The translations under genes and the position numbers were made by a program. Positions 30,120-40,739 of a stretch of DNA of 64,000 nucleotides are shown piece after piece (positions within the stretch are counted from its first letter, which is position 1; every line of letters starts with the position of its first letter). A model generated the notes under the pieces. It searched no databases and had not been told where the DNA came from. It saw only the letters and a program-made list of their open reading frames with translations. This DNA is from Desulfuromonadales bacterium (lineage in GTDB: Bacteria; Desulfobacterota; Desulfuromonadia; Desulfuromonadales; SZUA-540), in assembly GCA_033549025.1 (NCBI GenBank), contig JAWSUS010000011.1, positions 27,831 to 91,830 on the forward strand. The letters are read 5' to 3'.

Positions 30120-33100
30120 CTAGTCGTCGCCGTCCCGGGTCGGTGTTGGATTCTTGTCCAGGCCGCGACCGCGCCAGAGGAAGAAGATGACGGGGTAGAC
30201 CAGCATCTCCAGAGCCAGGGAGGTGACCGAGCCGCCGACCATGGGGGCGGCGATACGCTTCATGACGTCGGCGCCGGCGCCGGTGCTCCACATGATGGGG
30301 AAGAGGCCGGCGATGATGGTGACCACGGTCATCACCTTGGGGCGGATCCGTTTGACGGCGCCGTGGTGGATGGCCTGCTTGAGGTCGCCTACGTTGAGCA
30401 TGCGGCCTTCGTCCGTCCATTTTTTGTGGGCGAGGTCGAGATAGAGGAGCATGACCACGCCCGTTTCGGCGTCGAGGCCGGCGAGGGCGATGAGGCCGAC
30501 CCAGACGCCGATGGACATATTGTAGTCGAGCAGATAGAGCAGCCAGAAGGCGCCGACCAGCGAAAAGGGGACCGCCATGAAGACGATGGCCGTTTTAACG
30601 GCCGAATGGGTGCTCATGTAGATGATGACGAAGATGATCAGCAACGTCAGCGGGATGATGACCAGCAGGCGGGCCCGGGTCGACTCGATGTACTCGTACT
30701 GGCCGCTCCAGACGATGTTGTAACCGGTGGGCAGACTGATGTTGTCGGCCACGGCCTTTTGGGCGTTCTCCACGTAGGTGCCGAGATCGATCCCCTTGAT
30801 ATCGACGTAGACCCAGGCCGTGCGCCGGGAGTTCTCCGTCTTGATGCTGTCGGGGTCGTTGCGCACGGTGATGGTCGCCAGCTGCTCCAGGGGGATGTGG
30901 GCCCCTGTCGGTGAGGGGATAAGGAGCTGCCTGAGGGCGGGAATATCACTGCGGAAGTCGCGGTCGTAGCGCAGGCTGATGGGGTAGCGCTCCAGCCCTT
31001 CGACGGTCTGGGTGATGGTCATGCCGCCCAGAGCCGACTGGATGACGGTCTGGATGTCCCCCACCTGAATACCGTAGCGGGCGGCGGCGAGGCGGTCGAT
31101 GTCGAAATCGAGGAAATAGCCGCCAACGGTGCGTTCGGAGATGGCCGAAAGGGTTCCCTTGAGGGGGCGTACGACCGCTTCGACCTCCTGACCCAGACGA
31201 TTCAGCACTTCCAGGTCGGGACCCATGATCTTGATGCCGACGGGGGTCTTGATGCCGGTGGAGAGCATGTCGATGCGGGTCTTGATAGGCATGGTCCAGG
31301 CGTTGGTCAGGCCAGGAAACTGCACGGCGTTGTTGAGCTGCTCCGTCAGTTCGGCCACGGAGATCTTGCGTTTCTCCGGCAGCAGCCAGCGCAGGGGAAT
31401 CTTGAGTGGCTCGCTCCACTGCGGCCAGTCGCTGTAGAAGCGGTGGTTCGGCATGTCCCGCCAGTCCGCGTCATCTTTGAGCATGATGGTGGTCTCGATC
31501 ATCATCATCGGTGCCGGATCGGTGGCGGTCTCCGCCCGGCCGATCTTGCCGAAAACCGTCTCCACTTCAGGGAACTGGCGGATAATACGGTCGGTCTGCT
31601 GCAACAGCTCCTTGGCCTTGGTCACCGACAGGCCCGGCAGGGTGGTGGGCATGTAGAGCAGATCCCCCTCGTACAGGGGCGGCATGAACTCCGTCCCCAT
31701 CTTACTCAGGGGGTAGCTGATGGAAACGACCAGCAGCAGAGCCACCAGCAGCGTCGTCTTGCGCCAGCGCAGCACCAGGTCGACCACGGGGTGGTAGAGG
31801 GCGATGAGCAGGCGATTGATGGGATTGCGCTCTTCCGAGCGGATCTTGCCGCGGATGAGCCAGAGCATGAGTACGGGGACGATGGTGATGGAAAGGAGCG
31901 CCGCCGCCGCCATGGAGTAGGTCTTGGTGAAGGCCAGGGGCTTGAACATCCGGCCCGCCTGCTCCTGCAGGGTGAAGACCGGCGCGAAGGAGACGGTGAT
32001 GACCAGCAGGGCGAAGAAGATGGTGGGCCCAACCTCCTTCGCCGCCTCGATAATGGCCTCCCGCCGCGACCTCCCCCCTTTTTCCAGATGCTTGTGGGCG
32101 TTCTCCACCATGATGATGGCCGAGTCGACCATGGTGCCGATGGCGATGGCGATCCCGCCCAGGCTCATGATGTTCACGTTGATCCCCTGGGCGTACATGA
32201 TGATGAAAGCCATGAGGATGGCCACGGGCAGGGCCAGAATGACCACGATGGCGCTGGGTAGATGAAAGAGGAAGAGGATGATGACCAGGCCGACGACGAG
32301 GCTCTCCTCCAGCAGCTTCTCCTTGAGGTTGGAGGTGGCGCGCTCGATCAGGCCGGAGCGGTCGTAGACGGGGATGACCTCCACCCCTTCGGGCAGGCCA
32401 GCCTTGAGCTCCTCCAGCTTGCGTTTGACGTTGTCGATGGTCTTGAGGGCGTTTTCGCCGTAGCGCATGACGATGATGCCGCCGACGGTCTCCCCCTCAC
32501 CGTCAAGGTCAGCGACGCCCCGCCGCATCTCGGGCCCGAGGCGCACGTCGGCGATATCCCGCAGCAGGACGGGGGTGCCGCGCTCCGTCGTCATGATGAC
32601 CACGTTCTGCAGATCCTGCAGGTTCTGGATATAACCACGGCTACGGATCATGAACTCCGTCTCCGCCATTTCGATGGCGCCGCCGCCGACATCGAGATTG
32701 CTGTTCTTGATGGCCATCTCGACCATGGGCAGCGTGATATCAAAGGCGCGCAGACGATTGGGATCGACGGCTACCTGGTACTGCTTGACGAAGCCGCCGA
32801 GGCTGGCCACCTCGGCGACGCCTTCCACCGAGGTCAGCTCATAGCGCAGGAACCAGTCCTGGATGGAGCGCAGCTCCTGCAGGTTGTGGCGGTCGCTGAC
32901 CAGGGCGTATTCGTAGACCCAGCCGACACCGGTGGCGTCGGGACCCAATGTCGGTGTCACCCCCTCGGGGAGCCGCCCGGAGACGTAGTTGAGATATTCC
33001 AGGACGCGGGAGCGGGCCCAGTAGATGTCGGTGCCGTCCTCGAAGATGATGTAGACGAAGGAATAGCCGAAGAAGGAATAGCCGCGCACGACCTTGGCGC

Positions 33101-33335
33101 CGGGAACGGCCAGCATCTGGGTGGTCAGCGGGTAGGTGACCTGGTCCTCCACCACCTGCGGGGCCTGGCCGGGATAGTCGGTGAAGATGATCACCTGCAC
33201 ATCCGAGAGGTCCGGAATGGCGTCGATGGGGATGTTGCGCAGGGAGTAGATCCCGCCGACGATAAGGAAGACGGTGGCCAGAACGACCACGAAGGTGTTG
33301 CGTATCGACCATTCGATTATTTTTTCAAGCATCAC
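30120..33335 (-). CDS. cusA: CusA/CzcA-family heavy-metal RND permease, probably Cu/Ag
   Basis: DAIPDLSDVQVII, GPDATGVGWVYEY, WTMPIKTRIDMLSTG, MKRIAAPMVGG. Confidence 0.9.
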   Translation of the reverse strand: MMLEKIIEWSIRNTFVVVLATVFLIVGGIYSLRNIPIDAIPDLSDVQVIIFTDYPGQAPQVVEDQVTYPLTTQMLAVPGAKVVRGYSFFGYSFVYIIFEDGTDIYWARSRVLEYLNYVSGRLPEGVTPTLGPDATGVGWVYEYALVSDRHNLQELRSIQDWFLRYELTSVEGVAEVASLGGFVKQYQVAVDPNRLRAFDITLPMVEMAIKNSNLDVGGGAIEMAETEFMIRSRGYIQNLQDLQNVVIMTTERGTPVLLRDIADVRLGPEMRRGVADLDGEGETVGGIIVMRYGENALKTIDNVKRKLEELKAGLPEGVEVIPVYDRSGLIERATSNLKEKLLEESLVVGLVIILFLFHLPSAIVVILALPVAILMAFIIMYAQGINVNIMSLGGIAIAIGTMVDSAIIMVENAHKHLEKGGRSRREAIIEAAKEVGPTIFFALLVITVSFAPVFTLQEQAGRMFKPLAFTKTYSMAAAALLSITIVPVLMLWLIRGKIRSEERNPINRLLIALYHPVVDLVLRWRKTTLLVALLLVVSISYPLSKMGTEFMPPLYEGDLLYMPTTLPGLSVTKAKELLQQTDRIIRQFPEVETVFGKIGRAETATDPAPMMMIETTIMLKDDADWRDMPNHRFYSDWPQWSEPLKIPLRWLLPEKRKISVAELTEQLNNAVQFPGLTNAWTMPIKTRIDMLSTGIKTPVGIKIMGPDLEVLNRLGQEVEAVVRPLKGTLSAISERTVGGYFLDFDIDRLAAARYGIQVGDIQTVIQSALGGMTITQTVEGLERYPISLRYDRDFRSDIPALRQLLIPSPTGAHIPLEQLATITVRNDPDSIKTENSRRTAWVYVDIKGIDLGTYVENAQKAVADNISLPTGYNIVWSGQYEYIESTRARLLVIIPLTLLIIFVIIYMSTHSAVKTAIVFMAVPFSLVGAFWLLYLLDYNMSIGVWVGLIALAGLDAETGVVMLLYLDLAHKKWTDEGRMLNVGDLKQAIHHGAVKRIRPKVMTVVTIIAGLFPIMWSTGAGADVMKRIAAPMVGGSVTSLALEMLVYPVIFFLWRGRGLDKNPTPTRDGDD

Positions 33336-33419
33336 AGTATCCTGACAGCGTTGAAAGTGGGGGGTGAGGCGTGCCGGAAGGCGTTTTTCCGTGTCCGCCG
33401 CACCCGAATTGCCGGTTCG

Positions 33420-34883
33420 CTAGAACAGGTCCTCCAGGTCTTCCTCAGGGTGCTCGGTGGGCTGCGCCGCCGGGCTGGCGGGGGCCTTGGGGGCCATCAT
33501 CTTCTGGATGGCCTCGCGCAGCTTGCTCTCCGAGTCGAGCATGAACTGGGCCGAGGTGACGACCTGCTCTCCCTGCTGGAGGCCGGCAAGAATCTGCACC
33601 TGGCCGTCTTCCCCCTGGATTCCCGTCTGCACCTCGCGCGGCTCGAAGCGGCCCTCACCGAGGGCGACGAAGACATGCTGCCGGGTGCCGGAGGTGAGAA
33701 CGGCATCGACGGGGATGAGGAGGACGTCCTTGGAGGCCTGGGTGTGGAGGCGCACGTTGACGAACATTTCCGGCTTTAACTCCAGACCGGGGTTGGGCAG
33801 CTCGATGCGCACCTGTACGGTGCGGCTCATCGGATCGACGGTGGGGTAGATGTAGGCGATTGTGCCAGTCAGCGTGCGGTTGCCGGCGTGGGGAACTTCT
33901 ACCGTGACCGTCTGCCCCTCTTTCACCCAGGGGAGCTGGTATTCGTACAGGTCGGCCAGCACCCAGATGCGGCTCAAGTCGGTGAGCTGCATCAGCTCCA
34001 TCCCCGGTTTCAGGCTCATTCCCTCCACCGCCTTTTTATCGCTGACGATGCCGCTGACGGGTGCGTACAGGGTCAGGGTCTTGCGGATCTCGCCGCTCTT
34101 CTCCAGTTGCTCGATCTGGCGGGCGCTGATGTCCCAGTAGCTTAGGCGCTGACGGGCGGCGCTCAGCAGGCGGTCGCTGCCAGCGCCGAGGTCGGCGACA
34201 GGGCTTTTTGCCAGGTCGGCCTGGTGGCGAAGGGCCAGCAGGTACTCCTGCTGGGCGGCGACCAGCTCGGGACTGTAAATCTCCAGCAGGGGCTGTCCCT
34301 TTTGGACCAGCTGTCCCGTCTGGTTGACGTACAGGCGTTCGATCCAGCCGCCGATCTTGCTGTTGACGGCGTATTGAGACGATTCCTCATAGCTGATACG
34401 GCCGACGGTGCGCACCTCACGGTGCAGGTCGCCGCGGCTGACGGTGGCGGTGCGCACCCCCATGTTCTGGGTGGTGACGGGGTCTATGGAGATGGCGCTG
34501 CCGCCGGCGCCGTCCTCATAGACGGGAACGAGATCGTGCCCCATGTAGTCCTGGCCGGGCTCGTCGCGGACATAGGCCGGATCCATAGGCGAGGCCCAGT
34601 GGATGATCTTGGCAGGTCCGCTCGCAGCCTGCGAGTCGCCCCCCGTGCCGGGCTTGAGGGGGGTCAGATCCATGGCGCAGATGGGGCAGATGCCCGGCTC
34701 ATCCTGGATGATGAAGGGGTGCATGCCGCAGGTGTACTGCACCTTTTCCCCGGCGGCCGTCGCCGTCGTCGTCTCGTGGTCATGGTCGTCGTGGTTGCCG
34801 GAGCGCCCCCAGAAATAGCCGCCGCCGAGAGCGACGATCAGCAGCAGGGCGATCAGGGGAGACTTCATATTTCTTTTGCTCAT
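33420..34883 (-). CDS. cusB: CusB-type membrane fusion protein with N-terminal metal-binding domains
   Basis: YTCGMHP..PGICPICAMDL, SPMDP..PG..MGHDLVP, YSPELVAAQQEYL, LKPEMF. Confidence 0.88.
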   Translation of the reverse strand: MSKRNMKSPLIALLLIVALGGGYFWGRSGNHDDHDHETTTATAAGEKVQYTCGMHPFIIQDEPGICPICAMDLTPLKPGTGGDSQAASGPAKIIHWASPMDPAYVRDEPGQDYMGHDLVPVYEDGAGGSAISIDPVTTQNMGVRTATVSRGDLHREVRTVGRISYEESSQYAVNSKIGGWIERLYVNQTGQLVQKGQPLLEIYSPELVAAQQEYLLALRHQADLAKSPVADLGAGSDRLLSAARQRLSYWDISARQIEQLEKSGEIRKTLTLYAPVSGIVSDKKAVEGMSLKPGMELMQLTDLSRIWVLADLYEYQLPWVKEGQTVTVEVPHAGNRTLTGTIAYIYPTVDPMSRTVQVRIELPNPGLELKPEMFVNVRLHTQASKDVLLIPVDAVLTSGTRQHVFVALGEGRFEPREVQTGIQGEDGQVQILAGLQQGEQVVTSAQFMLDSESKLREAIQKMMAPKAPASPAAQPTEHPEEDLEDLF

Positions 34884-34907
34884 GTCAGAACCTCTTCTAA
34901 GGGGCGC

Positions 34908-36191
34908 TTATTTTGTTAAATCCGTACCGACCAGGGCTTCGAGCTGGGCCAGGCTCAGGCGATAGTCGGCCATGGTCTGATAAAGTTGGCGTTCATCGTT
35001 GAACAGGGTGGTCAGGCTGTTGAGCATCCGGGAAAAATCGACCTGGTTGTTGCTGTAGGCGATCTGGGCCGATTCAAAGGCGTGAGTCGATTGGGGGAGA
35101 ATGCCGCCACGGTAGAGTTCCAGCAGGCGGCCGGCACGATCGAGCTTGGCGAGCAGGTCGGCAATGCCCCCGTCGATGGCGTTGCGCAGGTCATGCAGTT
35201 CGGCCTGGGCCGTGGCCTTCTGGGCCTGGGCCTCGGCTACCCGAGCCTGCCGGCGCTCGCGCCAGACGGGCAGATTGAAGGAGACGGCGGCGCTGTACAT
35301 GTCGTCTCCATCACCGCCCATGGCGGGTTCACGCTGCATGTATTCGAGGGAAAGGGTGAAGTCGGGGTAGAAGGCCTTTTGGGCCAGAGCCTCCTCCGTT
35401 TTGCCCTTGTCGATCTGCGCGGTCAGACCGGCGAGAAGAGGCCGCTTTTCCTCGGCCAGACGCCGGAGTTCGTCGGCTCCATAGGGCACGGGCGGGGTGT
35501 CGAGGTCGGCGATGCGTCCGATGGGGGTGTCGGCGGGGCGGGCGAGGAGGCGGTTGAGGTTCGCCTGCAGGCTGCGCCGCTGCTGGTCAAGACCTATCCG
35601 CGCTTCCAGCAGGCGGGAGCGTTCCACCTGGGCCCGAAGCACATCCTGCTGGCGTCCTTCACCGACGCCGTAGCGGGTTTCGGCGGCCCGAATCACCGTT
35701 TCCATCACCTGGAGATTGCGGGTCAGGATATCCTGAGCCTTGTCGACCAGAAAGAGGCGGGCGTAAACTTCTTTCACCAGAGCGGCCAGGGCCAGTTTGC
35801 GCTCCTCGTGGCGGGCCTGGGCAGAGACCGCTTCCAGGCTGGCGGCTTCTCGGGCCAGCGCGCGTTTGCCAAAGAAGGGGAGTTTTTGGCTGAGGCCGAT
35901 CACCTTGGACGTCATGCCATCCTGATCAAAGGCGAAGGGATCGCTCACCAGGCCGTTGCTGATCCCCAGCATCAGCATGGGGTCATCCAGGCTGCCGGCC
36001 TGCCGGGCTTTTTGCAGGAAGGTCTGCCACTGGGCCTCCGAGGCTTCGATGGAAGGGTTGCGGCTGACCGCCTCCTGCATCAGGGCGGGCAGATCGGGCG
36101 CCGGTGGATCGGTGCCCCAGGCCCTTGTCCCCAAAAGGAGGAAAAAGAGAACCATTCCGGTCAAAAGCTGTCGATTTACCCATGTCGCCAT
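34908..36191 (-). CDS. TolC-family outer membrane efflux protein (CusC-like)
   Basis: Signal peptide, LDDPMLM, Q.LPF.GKR, YPDF; upstream of cusBA. Confidence 0.88.
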   Translation of the reverse strand: MATWVNRQLLTGMVLFFLLLGTRAWGTDPPAPDLPALMQEAVSRNPSIEASEAQWQTFLQKARQAGSLDDPMLMLGISNGLVSDPFAFDQDGMTSKVIGLSQKLPFFGKRALAREAASLEAVSAQARHEERKLALAALVKEVYARLFLVDKAQDILTRNLQVMETVIRAAETRYGVGEGRQQDVLRAQVERSRLLEARIGLDQQRRSLQANLNRLLARPADTPIGRIADLDTPPVPYGADELRRLAEEKRPLLAGLTAQIDKGKTEEALAQKAFYPDFTLSLEYMQREPAMGGDGDDMYSAAVSFNLPVWRERRQARVAEAQAQKATAQAELHDLRNAIDGGIADLLAKLDRAGRLLELYRGGILPQSTHAFESAQIAYSNNQVDFSRMLNSLTTLFNDERQLYQTMADYRLSLAQLEALVGTDLTK

Positions 36192-36269
36192 CGCTGTTCC
36201 TCAATTTCGTAACGGGAACCCTCTGTCGGTTCCGAAAAAGTTCACTGGTTCACCTTCCTCCTCCCAAGG

Positions 36270-36285
36270 AGCAAGCACTATGCCC
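36270..36285 (-). promoter_or_regulatory. Candidate sigma54 (-24/-12) promoter for the cus operon
   Basis: Minus strand GGGCATAGTGCTTGCT fits GG-N10-GC with TTGC. Confidence 0.55.
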
Positions 36286-36529
36286 AGCCGCTCCTTCCCG
36301 ACGAACAGGGAATTCGGACTGCCTTTTATAAATCGAATTGTTTTTATATTAGGCGAGGTTGGCCGAATGTCCATGCCTCTTGGGGGCAGGGCGAAAGTTG
36401 GGAAGAGTGGATATGGGTGGGAAAAGATCGTGCGACGGCCGCAGGCAAGAGGGCGATTTTGTAGAATAATTCACGGGGATCGTAGAATATTCTACAGCTG
36501 TCGACCGGGGCAGAGAGGCTGGGTGATAA

Positions 36530-37621
36530 TTAGGCGGTGGGGGGTGTCGCCGGCGAATTGAACTCGCGTACGAAGATTTCCCAGAAGGCCACGAACAGGG
36601 CGGCAATCAGTGGGCCGACGACAAAGCCGTTCATACCGAAGACCGCAAAGCCGCCCAGGGTCGACAACAGGACGATATAGTCGGGCAGTTTGGTGTCCCG
36701 CCCCACCAGAATCGGGCGCAGAATGTTGTCCACCAGACCGATGACCCCCACGCCGAAAGCGGTGAGAATGAGGCCCTGAACCCAATCGCCGATGGCGAAG
36801 AGGTAAATGGCGACCGGAGCCCAGATGAGGCCGGCGCCGACCACGGGGATGAGGGAGAGGAGGGTCATCACCACGCCCCAGAGCAGGGCGCCGGGAATGC
36901 CGAGAATGGCGAAGATGATACCCCCCAGACTGCCCTGTACCACGGCGACGACGAGGTTGCCCTTGACGGTGGCCCGGGCCACTTCGGCAAACTTGGCGAA
37001 AAGAAGACGCTCCCGTTCATCCCCCAGAGGGAGGGCGCGCACCAGCATTTCGACCAACTTCTGGCCGTCCCGCAGCAGGAAAAAAGCCACATAGAGCATG
37101 AGACCGAGACTGACGAAAAACTGCAGGGTGTCCTGGCCGAACTGTACGGCGTTCTGGGCGATGAAGCGACTGGCCGCCAGCGCCGCCCCCGACAACTGTT
37201 CCTGCAGGGTGTTCAAATCGAGATTCAGGCGTTCGAGAAAGTTCTGGATAACGGGAAAGGCCTCCCGAATACGCTGAATATATTGGGCGAAATCCAGGTC
37301 GCCGTTTTGCAGGCGCTGGTACAGGCTGGCGCCCTCCTGCAGAAAAGAGCCGAAGACGAAGAGGGTCGGGACAATGCCGATGATCACCCCGGCGGCCAGA
37401 GTCGCCAGCGCGGCCAGGTTGCTTCTCTCTCCCCAGGCGGCCAGCAGGCGCCGGTAGAGGGGATAGAAAATCAGGCCGATAATGCAGGCCCAGAAGATCG
37501 CCCCGAAAAAAGGCTTGAGCAGAACGAGAAACAGAATCGTCACGAGGCCCAGCATGAAAAGAAAGGTCAGCTTTTCAAGCCAGGGCCACTCCGTGGGCTG
37601 GTTGTCCTTTTCGTCGGGCAT
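36530..37621 (-). CDS. AI-2E family transporter
   Basis: Multi-TM; FFLLRDG, DNILRPILVG, GFVVGPLI. Confidence 0.9.
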   Translation of the reverse strand: MPDEKDNQPTEWPWLEKLTFLFMLGLVTILFLVLLKPFFGAIFWACIIGLIFYPLYRRLLAAWGERSNLAALATLAAGVIIGIVPTLFVFGSFLQEGASLYQRLQNGDLDFAQYIQRIREAFPVIQNFLERLNLDLNTLQEQLSGAALAASRFIAQNAVQFGQDTLQFFVSLGLMLYVAFFLLRDGQKLVEMLVRALPLGDERERLLFAKFAEVARATVKGNLVVAVVQGSLGGIIFAILGIPGALLWGVVMTLLSLIPVVGAGLIWAPVAIYLFAIGDWVQGLILTAFGVGVIGLVDNILRPILVGRDTKLPDYIVLLSTLGGFAVFGMNGFVVGPLIAALFVAFWEIFVREFNSPATPPTA

Positions 37622-37818
37622 TTCTCGTCTCTCTCGTGAATTAGTGATCAGGCAGAATGGATGATAGTTTACCACAGCTTTTGGCGGGGTGTCCTACCTT
37701 GTCGACTTCAGTTTTAATCCGGGACGCTTTTATGTCAAGGGGGTGAGGCGACCGCGAGCATCTGCCTTGCGGCAGCAGAGCCATTATCGTTTCGAAAAAG
37801 AAAATGGCGGCGGGGTGC

Positions 37819-38670
37819 CTAGCGCAGCAGAAGCAGGGGGATGGTTGATTTGCGCAACATGGCGGTGGTGGTGCTGCCAATGAGCAGGTGGCGGATCCGG
37901 GAATGACCGTAAGCGCCCATGATCATCAGATCGATGCCGTGTTGTCGCTGATATTCGATCAACACCACTTCGACCTCGCCGGAAAGGATGGTGGCTTCGA
38001 CCTCAAAGCGGGCCATTTCCAGAATCTGCCTAGCGCGGGCGAGATCGGCCTGTGTCTCGATCGTGTCAGCGCCCACCATGACAAGATGACAAGGCAATCC
38101 CTGAAAGAGGGGGCTGGCGGCCACCATTTCCAGGGCCTTGCGGGCGGTGGGGCTGCCGTCAAAAGCGAGCATGATCTTTCGCGGCGTCACAAAGCGGGTG
38201 GTCGCTACCAGGGTCGGACGATGGAGAGCCCGGATGACCCGTTCGAGGTGGCTGCCCAGATGTTCCGAGGCGACCTGGGCCGCTTCGCCCCGTTTGCCGA
38301 TGACCAGCAGGCGAATGTTGTCTTCATGCTCCGTCAGGGTCTCGACCAGGCCGCCGTGACGCTGCAGGCTGTCCGAATCGGCCACGCCAGCGGTACGGGC
38401 CCGAAAGCGGGCGGCGGCGAGGAGCTGTCTGCCGCGCTCGCGGGCCAGCTTGCCGCGTTTTTCGTCGAGAGCAGCCAGTTCCTCCAGTAAGGATTCCTGG
38501 GCGCCGAGGCCGATGTTTCCACTCAGGTCGACCGGGGCCGCGCCCTGTTCCTTGGCCAGAACATGAAGAAACAGCAGGGGCGCCGCCATGCGTGAGGCTG
38601 CCCAGGTGGCGGCGTCGCACACGGCGGGCGAGTAGGTCGAGCCATCGATGCAGGCCAGGACTTTTTTCAT
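37819..38670 (-). CDS. Universal stress protein with tandem Usp domains
   Basis: ACIDGS, LLVIGKRG, AFDGS, MGAYGHSRIR..IGSTT. Confidence 0.92.
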   Translation of the reverse strand: MKKVLACIDGSTYSPAVCDAATWAASRMAAPLLFLHVLAKEQGAAPVDLSGNIGLGAQESLLEELAALDEKRGKLARERGRQLLAAARFRARTAGVADSDSLQRHGGLVETLTEHEDNIRLLVIGKRGEAAQVASEHLGSHLERVIRALHRPTLVATTRFVTPRKIMLAFDGSPTARKALEMVAASPLFQGLPCHLVMVGADTIETQADLARARQILEMARFEVEATILSGEVEVVLIEYQRQHGIDLMIMGAYGHSRIRHLLIGSTTTAMLRKSTIPLLLLR

Positions 38671-38682
38671 AAATCAGCTCCC

Positions 38683-40170
38683 CTAATGCCCCATCAGGGC
38701 GGCGACGGCTTCTGGCTTGTCGTGAACGGCAAAGCGATCGACCATGGTCTCACTGGCCTTGTTGAGACCGACCACTTCGACTTCGGTCCCTTCGCGCCGG
38801 AACTTGATGATGACCTTGTCGAGGGCTCCCACGGCGGTGATATCCCAGAAATGGGCACGGCTGACATCAATCCTCACTTTTTCCACCGCTTCTTTCAGAT
38901 CAAAGGCGGCGATGAAGCCCTCGGCGGAGGAAAAAAATACCTGACCGGTCACCTGGTAACGGCGGGTCAGCCCATCTTCGCTCAACGTTGAACCGACATG
39001 GAGCACCTTACTGATTTTATGGGCGAAGAACAAGGCGCTGAGCAATACCCCGACCATCACCCCCAGGGCCAGATTGTGAGTCGCCACCACCACGACCACG
39101 GTGGCGGTCATCACGATGCTGGAACTTTTCGGATTTTTGCGCAGGTTGCGGATCGATTCCCAGCTGAAGGTGCCAATGGAGACCATGATCATTACAGCGA
39201 CAAGCGCCGCCATGGGGATACGTGCCACCCACTCGCCGAGAAAGACCACCATCAACAGCAGAAAGACACCGGCCAGGAGGGTGGAGAGCCGGCCGCGCCC
39301 CCCCGACTTGATGTTGATGATCGACTGGCCGATCATGGCGCAGCCCGCCATCCCGCCGAGAAAACCAGCGGCAACATTGGCCACGCCCTGGCCGACGCAT
39401 TCCCGATTCTTGTCGCTGGGCGAATCGGTCAGGTCGTCGACGATGGTGGCGGTCATCATCGATTCGAGCAGTCCGACCACCGCCAGGGTGGCGGCGTAGG
39501 GGAAGATGATCGCCAATGTTTCAAAAGTCAGAGGAATATTAGGGATCAGAAATATCGGCAGACTGTCGGGCAAGGCCCCCATGTCACCCACGGTGCGGAC
39601 ATCCAGCCCGAAAAAGAGGGTAAAGACGGTCAGCGCGACGATGCAGATCAGCGGCGAAGGAATAGCCCGGGACACCAAGGGAAAGAGATAGATCAAGCCC
39701 AATCCGGCTACGACCAGCGCGTAGACCTGCCAGCCGACGTTGGTGAGCTCGGGAATCTGGGCCAGAAAAATCAGAATGGCCAAGGCATTGACGAAACCGA
39801 TAACCACGGAGCGCGACACAAAGCGCATCAGCGAGCCGAGGCGAAAGGCGCCGGCCAGCATCTGCAACACACCGGTAAGCAAGGTTGCCGCCAGCAGATA
39901 TTCCAGCCCATGGGTTTTAACCAGGGTCACCATGAGCAGGGCCATGGCGCCGGTTGCCGCCGAAATCATCCCCGGCCGGCCGCCGACAAAAGCGGTGACC
40001 ACGGCGATACAGAAAGAAGCATAGAGTCCCACCTTGGGATCGACGCCGGCAATGATGGAAAAAGCGATCGCCTCGGGAATGAGGGCCAGGGCGACGACGA
40101 TGCCCGCGAGGGTGTCGCCGCGCAGATTGGAGAACCAGTTTTGCTGGATGGTGCGAAAAGCCTGAAGCAT
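38683..40170 (-). CDS. SulP family anion transporter with STAS domain
   Basis: [43 protein letters not shown] at 40170. Confidence 0.92.
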   Translation of the reverse strand: MLQAFRTIQQNWFSNLRGDTLAGIVVALALIPEAIAFSIIAGVDPKVGLYASFCIAVVTAFVGGRPGMISAATGAMALLMVTLVKTHGLEYLLAATLLTGVLQMLAGAFRLGSLMRFVSRSVVIGFVNALAILIFLAQIPELTNVGWQVYALVVAGLGLIYLFPLVSRAIPSPLICIVALTVFTLFFGLDVRTVGDMGALPDSLPIFLIPNIPLTFETLAIIFPYAATLAVVGLLESMMTATIVDDLTDSPSDKNRECVGQGVANVAAGFLGGMAGCAMIGQSIINIKSGGRGRLSTLLAGVFLLLMVVFLGEWVARIPMAALVAVMIMVSIGTFSWESIRNLRKNPKSSSIVMTATVVVVVATHNLALGVMVGVLLSALFFAHKISKVLHVGSTLSEDGLTRRYQVTGQVFFSSAEGFIAAFDLKEAVEKVRIDVSRAHFWDITAVGALDKVIIKFRREGTEVEVVGLNKASETMVDRFAVHDKPEAVAALMGH

Positions 40171-40739
40171 AAATTGAAATCCTTGCAGTAACAAACGCCC
40201 GGCCGGAGTCACGCCAAAAAAAGCATTGGCGGCCGGCTGGAAGACGACAAAAACAATGGGTTGATAATGAAAGTCAGAAGTCTGTGAATGAATCCGGGGT
40301 GGTGGAAAACAAAGAACAGTCTTTCGATTTTCGGGCGGGAATAAACGCGGTGCCGTCGACAGTGGTGGGTCGGCGGACGGTGACCCTAACCCCAATACAG
40401 CTAAAAGGCAAGATAATTTTTAACGGAAAAGGTATAAACGCCTGCCCACAGGGGGTCTCTCTCCAGAGTGGGGTGAAGGCCTCCCCCGCTAATAGCGTGA
40501 GCAGGTCGGGACGGTGGATCTGAGATTTATGTCTCAGGTCACCGCTTTTCTCGGGCACAATGCCGTTCCTCCACCTGAGGATGTTCTCGAAAACGGGTCT
40601 GGTACAAACAGGGCAACGGAGGGAATGTGAAGAAAGTCGTCCTTTGCAGGTCGTTCCCGGGGCTTTGCAGGAGCAAGAGACTGATTTAGTTGCCGAAAGC
40701 CATTTGAAACCGAGACATTATGCTGATACGCTCTTCTTT

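Noticed and set aside
40450..40490. GGGGGTC start as a Tn3-family inverted repeat
   Set aside because: No match to the rest of the 38-bp IR pattern and no transposase nearby.
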